40,258 bases of DNA from a virus (taxonomy: Duplodnaviria; Caudoviricetes). Both the position numbers and the translations under genes were made by a program. This document shows positions 32,871-40,258 of the stretch, piece after piece. Below the pieces are notes generated by a model that saw nothing but the letters and a program-made list of their open reading frames with translations, did not search any database and was not told the origin of the DNA. The DNA lies in the IMG/VR virus record IMGVR_UViG_3300031519_000068, positions 1 to 40,258 of that record. One strand, 5' to 3'. The stretch's first letter is position 1. The number at the start of each line of letters is the position of its first letter.

Positions 32871-34304
32871 TTAGTTCATTAACATGAAATTGTTAGCACC
32901 TTGTGTAACTAAACATCTTTCTGATAAGTAATGTACTTGCATAGAATCAACACCAGAAGTTAAAGCTCCAACAGAACCAGTAACCCAAGTTTTTAATTTT
33001 CTACTTTCCATTTCAGAAGCTCTGTAACGAACGTGTAAGAAAGGACGTTTCATGTTCTTTCCTAGTTGCTCGTCATAAACAGAAGATACTCCAGCTGGAA
33101 CAACAACACCTCTAATAGCGTTAACTGTATCGTTTAAACCACCTCTTGTACCTTTGTCATTTAAGTATTTGAAATCAGACTTGTAGAAGTCATAAGAACC
33201 TCTTCTGAAACCAGAGAAACCTAGGTTTAATGCCATGTCTTCAGAATTGTCAAATACTCCGTAAGAAGTACCACCAGCTCCATAAGAATTCATAGAAGCT
33301 AACATGTCATCCATAGCTAGAGAAGTTCCTCTATCAACAAACATCATGTTTTCTTCAATTGCACCATTTTGATCAAACACCGCTAACATAGCATCAAATT
33401 CAGCTAAATCAGTAGCAGCGTTAACGCCAGTAACACCAGTAGTTTGGTGACCTCTAGTAGTGATAGCTTGGAATAAACCTTGCGTACCATCTTGTAGAGC
33501 ACCGCCATCAGTACCACCAATTGCACCAGCATCAGCGTGAGCAGTCTCAGCTTCTAGCATAGTCATTTCTAAATAATCAGAGAAACGAGCTCTAGTATCA
33601 CCTTCAGCTTTTAAATACCATAGGAATCCGTTTTGCCCTTCTTCACCAGAAACTTCAACCCATCCAATCGCAGTTGCGTCAGATCCTGAAACTTCGTAGT
33701 AATCTCTCATGATTAAATGCTTATTCGAGTGAGATTTGAACTGTGGAGCATTTGCAGTTGTTCTTGCAGCGGATCCTTTTTCAAACTCAGAACCAATAAC
33801 TAATAATCTAGTGTCACCAGCAGCAACAGTTGTAGAGTTCAAGCCATCAGCAGAAACTATATGATCGTCTGCATAACCTAACACTGTTACATCAGCACCA
33901 GATACATTGGATACATAACCTTTAGCTGTAGCAGAAGCATTAGACATAACAACCATGTCACCAACTCTAACACCGTGATTAGCGCCAACAGTATTACCAT
34001 CCATGTCGTTTATAACAGTATATACGTTGTTGGAATCTTTATACGTCATTGTGTAAGCAAGGTGTAATCTTCCTTGTTCAGACCAAATTACTCTGTCTGA
34101 CGCAGAAGCTTCTTCCGCTCCTACTTGAGCTAAAAATCCCGCGATTGTTCTTTTACCGTAAACCTCTGCTTCTTTCGCCATAAGGTCTGGTAAATATTGT
34201 TGAGCCCATCCTTCTGTAGCTGCAGACGTAAAGTCTACATAGTTGGATGCCAACGTTTGTTTTCTTGGAGCAGCATCTATACCACTCGCACTTGTAATTG
34301 CCAT
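32871..34304 (-). CDS. Major capsid protein
   Basis: 477 aa after portal and scaffold, followed by a terminator; strongly biased codons; WSEQGRLH, GLFQAITTRG, YLSERCLVTQGANNF motifs. Confidence 0.85.
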   Translation of the reverse strand: MAITSASGIDAAPRKQTLASNYVDFTSAATEGWAQQYLPDLMAKEAEVYGKRTIAGFLAQVGAEEASASDRVIWSEQGRLHLAYTMTYKDSNNVYTVINDMDGNTVGANHGVRVGDMVVMSNASATAKGYVSNVSGADVTVLGYADDHIVSADGLNSTTVAAGDTRLLVIGSEFEKGSAARTTANAPQFKSHSNKHLIMRDYYEVSGSDATAIGWVEVSGEEGQNGFLWYLKAEGDTRARFSDYLEMTMLEAETAHADAGAIGGTDGGALQDGTQGLFQAITTRGHQTTGVTGVNAATDLAEFDAMLAVFDQNGAIEENMMFVDRGTSLAMDDMLASMNSYGAGGTSYGVFDNSEDMALNLGFSGFRRGSYDFYKSDFKYLNDKGTRGGLNDTVNAIRGVVVPAGVSSVYDEQLGKNMKRPFLHVRYRASEMESRKLKTWVTGSVGALTSGVDSMQVHYLSERCLVTQGANNFMLMN

Positions 34305-34324
34305 AATTAATTTTTTTTAAATTG

Positions 34325-35482
34325 TTATTTTTTAAATTTGTTGTTTTTAAACTTAAAATCAGAAGAATCTTGCCCTAACACTTTAAACTTTAAACCACCT
34401 GCTTCAATTTTCCCATGACTTTGTCTTGGGTTCATATCAACATTCTTGGCTTTAGCAATACTATTTTTCATAGCATCTGCTTTACCTTGGTCGTAAAAGT
34501 GTTTTGCAACGGCATCAGCGTTCATCGCCGTGTAAAGAGATTTATGATAGCCCTTAGCATCTGATAATGTATTATTTTTATCCAGAAACTTTCTGGTAAA
34601 ATTATTTATATCACTTTGGGTATTTTTAACCTCGTTAGCATTATTAACATTAAATCGATATTTTTTATCCCCGACGTTATATTCAAAACCTTTGAACTTG
34701 TCATTGAAAACCTGCTCGGTTTTCTGAGTAAAAACATCTGTATTTTGTTTAGCTGCTTTTTGAGTTACTTCTGACTCCTTGTTATATCTATCAAAGAAGT
34801 TAACAGCTTTCTGTTGCTCGGTTGTGAGCTTCGATCCAGCTTTAATTTCTTCATAGTATGTAGACTTTTGCCCGTCTAAGTGGCTTTTAGCGCTGGCAAC
34901 TTGCTCTTTAAGCGCTAATTTCTTTCTACGTATATCTCTATCGTCGTCAACATCTTCGTCAAATGAGAATGTATCTTCCATAAGGAAGTTAATTTCTTCT
35001 TGGTCTAAATGAGGTTTTGTTTGCTTGTAATACTCATGCAGCAAACTAGTATCATCTAATTTTGAGTAATCTTGGTTAAGCTTAACATAGTCACTTAAAT
35101 CTCCACCAGTATCATCCATGAAATCCATTAACTTTTGGATATTCTCTGGTAATGGTTTTCCAGTAGCTTGAGCTTCCGCTATAGCTTCTTCAACTTGCTC
35201 TTCAACCTCTTCAACTTCTTCTTCAGTAATCTCTTCTAATACTGGAGTTTCTTGTGTTTCAGTTTCTGTTTGTGTTTCTGTTTCGCTAGTAACTTCAGTT
35301 ACTGCTTCTTCAGTTTTTTTCTCTGCCACAACCTCGGTCTCTACCTTTTGTTCAGGTGGTGGTGCACTTAAATCTACTTTTAAAACACTATCGTCTCCAG
35401 CAGACTCAAATTTACTTTCATCAACTTGTTCAGTTGTTTCTTGCGTAATCTCTTCGACTACTTTTTCATTTTCTTCTTCCAT
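34325..35482 (-). CDS. Capsid scaffolding protein
   Basis: Very acidic Glu/Thr-rich N-terminus, helical core, basic C-terminus; located between portal and MCP. Confidence 0.7.
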   Translation of the reverse strand: MEEENEKVVEEITQETTEQVDESKFESAGDDSVLKVDLSAPPPEQKVETEVVAEKKTEEAVTEVTSETETQTETETQETPVLEEITEEEVEEVEEQVEEAIAEAQATGKPLPENIQKLMDFMDDTGGDLSDYVKLNQDYSKLDDTSLLHEYYKQTKPHLDQEEINFLMEDTFSFDEDVDDDRDIRRKKLALKEQVASAKSHLDGQKSTYYEEIKAGSKLTTEQQKAVNFFDRYNKESEVTQKAAKQNTDVFTQKTEQVFNDKFKGFEYNVGDKKYRFNVNNANEVKNTQSDINNFTRKFLDKNNTLSDAKGYHKSLYTAMNADAVAKHFYDQGKADAMKNSIAKAKNVDMNPRQSHGKIEAGGLKFKVLGQDSSDFKFKNNKFKK

Positions 35483-35509
35483 AATATAATATAATAATAA
35501 TTAATAATT

Positions 35510-37936
35510 CTAACTAGGGTCAAAACTACCTAAATCGAATCCGCCACCTAGTATATCATTACCTGCAGACTCAAAGTTTTTAGGTGGTTTACCACCATTT
35601 CTTTGTTCAATCATCTCACTTTGTTGAGTTGCTTGAATTTTTGTTCTTTCATCTTTACGATCTTCTTTTTCTTTTTCTCTACTTTTCACCCCTTCAACTT
35701 CGATACCCTTAAGCTGCATGTTGTATTGAAATTCTAAAGCCATTAGTTGTTTTTTCATTTCAACTTCTTGTTGCATTTTTTGTGCGTTCATTTGGGCTTG
35801 CATTTGCATTAACTCAGCTTTTCCAGCGTTTAGCGCTTGATTTTTTTGAATATCAGCTTGAGCAGCGGCTTGAGCGGCTTGTGTGTTAGATTGGGTTTGA
35901 GCTTGAATGTTCTCCATTTGAAGCTTTCTATCTTTTTCTTCTTTTTTAACTCTTCTTATTTTAAGAAGTTGATTAGCTAACTTTATGTTTTTAATTTCTC
36001 TAAGATCAATAGCATCTTCCAAGTTTATACTTTTTTGCTGTAAAGCCATTTGGATATTGTTTTCTAGCTTAGCGTTTTCTTCTTCGTCAGGCATTAAGTC
36101 TATGAATATTCCAAAGTCATACAAGTGTAGCTCTGACATCTCTTGTAGCGTAGCTACGTTATGCGCTCCAATAGCTTGAATAAAAGCATCTTTTGTTGGT
36201 GAGTACTCTATAATATCAGATATTCTAAGAGATAAACACTCGGCAGTTTCTGCTGTTAAAAATAAACCAGCTTGAAGTATGTGTCTAGTTGCGGTGTTAG
36301 AATTAGCAGCTGCTAACTTTTGCACACCAACTAAAGCGTTTTTATCTGGAGTACTACCATCTCTAGCTTCATTAAGACCAGTCACATCCCTTATCATTTG
36401 TAGATAGTAGTTGTACGTGCCGATTAAGGCTTGCATTTTATTACCACCAGATCCAGATGTTATTTCTTGAATAGGTACTTTACCTGGATTCATGTCCCCG
36501 TCACTCGTGAAGCTTCTACCTATAACAGAACCTGTTTGAAAATACATGTTCAAAGCCTCTTGTGGGTTATAATTAGTTCCATTACCTAGGTCGATTTCAG
36601 CTAATCCATCCGCATCTAAGTAAACGCCATCTGGCACCAACCTAGACATTACTTGTTGTAATTTTAAGTGAGTTAGTTGAATCATATCAGCAAAACCTGT
36701 TATGCGTTTTACTAGTGAATCAATTTTTCCATTATACATTCTAGGCGCAACAATAGCATAATTCATCTTAACCTTAGTGTAATCACTTTTAGGTCTCATC
36801 ATGTTTTTAGCCATCTCCCACTTAAGTAGTTTATCCGTACCTAGTATCATAGCCCCATCATAAAGGCATTCTATGGATCTTAACATTCTACCATAACCAC
36901 CCTCTTTATCTTCCGGTGGATTATATTGATCATCTCTAGGTATAATTCTATCGCCACCTGTTGTTGTTTCTTTAACTTTATAAACCTCATTCATATAGGT
37001 TTTGTAGTTAAAGTATAAAACTTGAATGGTGTTATTGTCTTCTTTATCGTAAGTATGTGTTGAATTGTAATTAGATCTATTATTAGATTTGTTTTTCATT
37101 ATATCTTCTAGATCTTCGGCTGATAAGTGAGGAAATTGCTTTGCTAACTCGTTTACCGGAATTGTTTTTACTTCACCAACGTAGTATATATCGTCAAAGT
37201 AAGGCGAGTCGGTGTAAGAGTAAACTAATTTAGCTGGATCAACATAATCTACAATAGCTCCCTCTGATGTATTGAACCCTGTTTTTACAGCCCCTATACC
37301 AAGCACCGTCAAGTCACGATAAAAACGTTTTTTAGTTAGCTCGTATTTACTTCCCTCAAACAAAACATTTAAAGCTTGTTCTTCCGCAAGTTCAACCGCC
37401 TGCTTGTAATTAAGCTGCATGTGTATACCTAGCTCTTCGCTAGACTCTGGTAAATCTTCGTTAGCCAGGTTACTCTCCTTCATATCCACGTTGAACCTAG
37501 ACTCAACCTCTTGGTTGAACTCTCGCATTTCCATATCACTTTGTATCGCCTCCATGTATTCAGTTCGTTTTTCAACGCCGTTTGGAGATTGTGAGTAAGC
37601 TTTTATATCGTAAGTTCTTTCTGCAATACCATTAACAACGATATCAACAAACTTAGATATAATTGGAACAGGCTTCCAATCTAAATTAAGATAGGACAAA
37701 TCACCGTTGATCGATAACTCATCCTTATACTTTTGAACAGACTGCTCGCCTCGGGCGTACAACCTTAAATTATGAAAATCGTTGTGGTTAGATCTATATC
37801 TATTAGAACCTTGATCATGGCTAAACCACTCTTGCTCTATAGCTTTACCTACTTTTAACCCATATTCATAGCTTAACTTCTCAGCATCGCTGACCGTTTG
37901 ACTTGGGAAATAACTTTTAATGCCAGACTCTGCCAT
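35510..37936 (-). CDS. Portal protein
   Basis: 808 aa directly after TerL; VPIISKFVDIVV, IRDVTGLNEARDG; long Gln/Ala coiled-coil C-terminal barrel as in P22/crAss portals. Confidence 0.88.
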   Translation of the reverse strand: MAESGIKSYFPSQTVSDAEKLSYEYGLKVGKAIEQEWFSHDQGSNRYRSNHNDFHNLRLYARGEQSVQKYKDELSINGDLSYLNLDWKPVPIISKFVDIVVNGIAERTYDIKAYSQSPNGVEKRTEYMEAIQSDMEMREFNQEVESRFNVDMKESNLANEDLPESSEELGIHMQLNYKQAVELAEEQALNVLFEGSKYELTKKRFYRDLTVLGIGAVKTGFNTSEGAIVDYVDPAKLVYSYTDSPYFDDIYYVGEVKTIPVNELAKQFPHLSAEDLEDIMKNKSNNRSNYNSTHTYDKEDNNTIQVLYFNYKTYMNEVYKVKETTTGGDRIIPRDDQYNPPEDKEGGYGRMLRSIECLYDGAMILGTDKLLKWEMAKNMMRPKSDYTKVKMNYAIVAPRMYNGKIDSLVKRITGFADMIQLTHLKLQQVMSRLVPDGVYLDADGLAEIDLGNGTNYNPQEALNMYFQTGSVIGRSFTSDGDMNPGKVPIQEITSGSGGNKMQALIGTYNYYLQMIRDVTGLNEARDGSTPDKNALVGVQKLAAANSNTATRHILQAGLFLTAETAECLSLRISDIIEYSPTKDAFIQAIGAHNVATLQEMSELHLYDFGIFIDLMPDEEENAKLENNIQMALQQKSINLEDAIDLREIKNIKLANQLLKIRRVKKEEKDRKLQMENIQAQTQSNTQAAQAAAQADIQKNQALNAGKAELMQMQAQMNAQKMQQEVEMKKQLMALEFQYNMQLKGIEVEGVKSREKEKEDRKDERTKIQATQQSEMIEQRNGGKPPKNFESAGNDILGGGFDLGSFDPS

Positions 37937-37941
37937 ATTTA

Positions 37942-40155
37942 TTACTTGATTATTTGTGAATTATTTCCAGTGTTCGTATATCTGGAAACGTTTATATTTA
38001 GTTGAGGTTTTTTAACCTCAGCATTTGGTCTATATAAATGCCTGTTGTTAGCCATTATAGCTAAACCAGAACTTATAGACGCATCATGCTTTGTTCTTTT
38101 GTTTATATCAAATTTACACCAGTCATTTAACAGCTCGTTAAAATAACAATCTCCGTGCGTTCCATCTTGCTTAATACCTACGTGGTCTTGAATATACATC
38201 TCAATCGCCGCGGCGTGTGCTTGTTTTATATCTTCACTTGAATTGGGTATTCCACCAACTTCTTTTTCTGCTACAGATAGTTTGTTCCATATCTTGTCAG
38301 GTCTATTCATGCTAAACCCTCTATATCCTCTTCGCCTTAAGTAGTACAAAAGACGAGGTTTATTGTTCTCCGCTAGTATTGGCATTCCATAAAACACTAA
38401 AGCCATTAAAACATCTTCAAAGAACATCTCGGCTGTTGGTGGTCTCGATAAGTACTCTAAGAAAAAGCTATTTGCCGGAGCATCTTCCATGCTAAATTTA
38501 GTTAGACCGTGTAAAGCTCCTTTAGACCCTACTCCATCCACTGTTCCTGATATATCATATGAATCACAACCAAATGAACCCATATGTTCGTTTCCAGGGT
38601 GTTTAACCCCGTTTTTAAGTACAACGTTGTTTTGTATATTAGAAGGTGGAACCCAACTAACTTTAAACCTACCTTTTCTATCTGGATAAAATATTACTTG
38701 AGAATCTTTAACTCCGTTAACCCACTGGAAATTACCTTGAGTAATACCTAGAGTGTTTGTCATCTCTTCATTATAATCTATCTGTTCATATAACTTGACA
38801 AGATTAAAAATACTACCTTTGGTCTCGTCTCTAAACGCGTGCTCTGTAGTTCTTGGAAACTGACGATAAAATTCATTTAAACCATCTGAATCATCTTTTA
38901 AACCATCTACTTCATTCTGCCAGTTATCTATTACACCTACATCTATTAGTTCACCGCTTGGGTCGAACCGATCGACATCAGGAGTAGTGAAAACTGGAAC
39001 TCCGTACTCATCAATAAAGCCTTCGTAGTTCCATTCCATTGGGATAAACAAAGAGTATAAACCAGACTTTGTCTGGCCATTTCTGTTTCTTTTTGTAACA
39101 TCTGAAGCATTGTATAATTTTTTAAAGTTCTCACCTCCTTTATCTAAAGCGTTTGATGTTGATCCCATCATGCACTTACCGATAATTCTACTACCTAATC
39201 TTAAACAAGTTTTTGTAACTCTCCAGTTATTAAGGATATTGTCTGGTCTTTCCCACTTACCACTCTCATCGTGTACTAGTAATGCCAACTTTTCACCATC
39301 ATAACTATTGTCCCCAGTGTTTTTCCAGTCAATCGTTGTGTCTAATCCTTGTATATCCTCCAGCTTTTCGTTAGCTGTAATCTTTTTTCGTGTAAACTTA
39401 CTAGCAGGTACACGGTAAGCAAGCTCGGACTTTGGGCGATCCATACCATCTTGGACAGGTTTAAAGAAAAACGGATAGTTGATTGATATAGGTACAACCT
39501 TATCGGTAAACATTTTTTTAGCATCAGCTCCTGATTTAGATAATATTCCATATCTACTATCACTCGCAAGAGTGGCTAAATTAACAGTTTCAGCTGATGA
39601 CATAAAAGAAAAACCAGATCTTCTATTTTTAAGGTAGCACATTCCGTAGCATCTTTTATCCGCTTTACAAGCTTCCCAGAATATAAAAAACAATCTATTT
39701 GCTTCTCTAAAGTCTGGAGCGCCTACATCTATCTTACTCCATTGTAAGTACATGTAGTGCGTACCAGTTATCCAGGTTGGTTTACCATCATTCGTGAACC
39801 AGAATCCTTCTTCTCTTCTTCTAAATTCTTCGTCTATATAATCGTGCCATTTTTCTTTACTGCTTTCCGGGTAACTTCTCCAGTCAAATATGTTTTTTAA
39901 GCGCTCTAATTCCTTCGGCTGCTCAAACTTAACCCATTTATTTTTAGTGTCCTTATACACGTCCTTAGGCACCTTAGGTAGAGCGATAACTAAGTTTTGT
40001 ATCTCTATGATCTTTCCTATCTGACCGCTGTGAGATAGTATAATAATGTCATGTTCTTTGTCGTAACCGTACTTCCACTTCTTACCCTTGTTCATTCTGG
40101 ATATAGTAGTCCTCTTTACCGGCTCAACCGACTTAACTAAACTTTGCTCGTACAT
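37942..40155 (-). CDS. terL: Terminase large subunit
   Basis: Walker A variant YLKNRRSGFS, Walker B LLVHDESGK, MGST coupling motif, QFPRTTEHAF, nuclease FGCDSYD, AENNK, KHDASIS. Confidence 0.92.
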   Translation of the reverse strand: MYEQSLVKSVEPVKRTTISRMNKGKKWKYGYDKEHDIIILSHSGQIGKIIEIQNLVIALPKVPKDVYKDTKNKWVKFEQPKELERLKNIFDWRSYPESSKEKWHDYIDEEFRRREEGFWFTNDGKPTWITGTHYMYLQWSKIDVGAPDFREANRLFFIFWEACKADKRCYGMCYLKNRRSGFSFMSSAETVNLATLASDSRYGILSKSGADAKKMFTDKVVPISINYPFFFKPVQDGMDRPKSELAYRVPASKFTRKKITANEKLEDIQGLDTTIDWKNTGDNSYDGEKLALLVHDESGKWERPDNILNNWRVTKTCLRLGSRIIGKCMMGSTSNALDKGGENFKKLYNASDVTKRNRNGQTKSGLYSLFIPMEWNYEGFIDEYGVPVFTTPDVDRFDPSGELIDVGVIDNWQNEVDGLKDDSDGLNEFYRQFPRTTEHAFRDETKGSIFNLVKLYEQIDYNEEMTNTLGITQGNFQWVNGVKDSQVIFYPDRKGRFKVSWVPPSNIQNNVVLKNGVKHPGNEHMGSFGCDSYDISGTVDGVGSKGALHGLTKFSMEDAPANSFFLEYLSRPPTAEMFFEDVLMALVFYGMPILAENNKPRLLYYLRRRGYRGFSMNRPDKIWNKLSVAEKEVGGIPNSSEDIKQAHAAAIEMYIQDHVGIKQDGTHGDCYFNELLNDWCKFDINKRTKHDASISSGLAIMANNRHLYRPNAEVKKPQLNINVSRYTNTGNNSQIIK

Positions 40156-40256
40156 TATTTAGATCTACCTTCTGCGAATCCTTTAAAAGTTTTTTCCTTT
40201 GCCTCTTCAGGTGTTTTACCCTCAAGCAAGTTTTCTTCTTCTTCAATTCTGTTAAG
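40155..40256 (-). CDS. 3' end of upstream gene, possibly terminase small subunit
   Basis: ...LNRIEEEENLLEGKTPEEAKEKTFKGFAEGRSK*, with TAATG stop/start overlap with terL. Confidence 0.55.
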   Translation of the reverse strand, partial: LNRIEEEENLLEGKTPEEAKEKTFKGFAEGRSK

Positions 40257-40258
40257 TA

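Noticed and set aside
1799-39304. Plus-strand ORFs from the track antisense to the late genes (e.g. 18583-19050, 21376-21756, 28594-28938)
   Set aside because: Fully overlap well-supported minus-strand genes and have shadow-ORF composition with no motifs
39610-39640. Non-canonical TerL Walker A (KNRRSGFS, no GK[ST]) as a sign of inactivation
   Set aside because: KxRRxGFS-type Walker A is the usual variant in crAss-like and related Bacteroidota phage terminases; the other motifs are intact
1-40258. Stop-codon reassignment as in some crAss-like phages
   Set aside because: Genes are long and densely packed in the standard code, and TAG and TGA terminate genes at sensible positions

Overview
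This window is a 40 kb piece of a podovirus-type dsDNA phage genome in the standard genetic code. The crAss-like TerL Walker A variant, the Hc1-like protein, Q-rule signal peptides, a T9SS-like C-terminus and AT-rich non-Shine-Dalgarno starts all point to a Bacteroidota (probably Flavobacteriia) host. The + strand carries only the 3' end of a class II ribonucleotide reductase and an Hc1-like gene, ending at a bidirectional terminator. The - strand carries a continuous late block: (TerS) - TerL - portal - scaffold - major capsid - accessory protein - two ring/tail-tube proteins - 2380 aa tail stabilisation protein - structural protein - GNAT-like protein - three ejection proteins - envelope module - small structural proteins - tail fibre - M15 endolysin. 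Two things stand out. (1) The 2969 aa ejection protein looks like a modular effector polyprotein: a zincin protease followed by sigma-2-like, WC/MORN, PD-(D/E)xK and HAD cassettes, with eight copies of a [VILT]-[KS]-F-S linker at the boundaries. (2) A phage-encoded host-envelope module comprises an outer-membrane beta-barrel, a membrane coiled-coil protein, a CXXC-less exported thioredoxin fold and a Cys-repeat protein with a T9SS-like sorting signal. All family calls come from motif recognition by eye; no searches were run.
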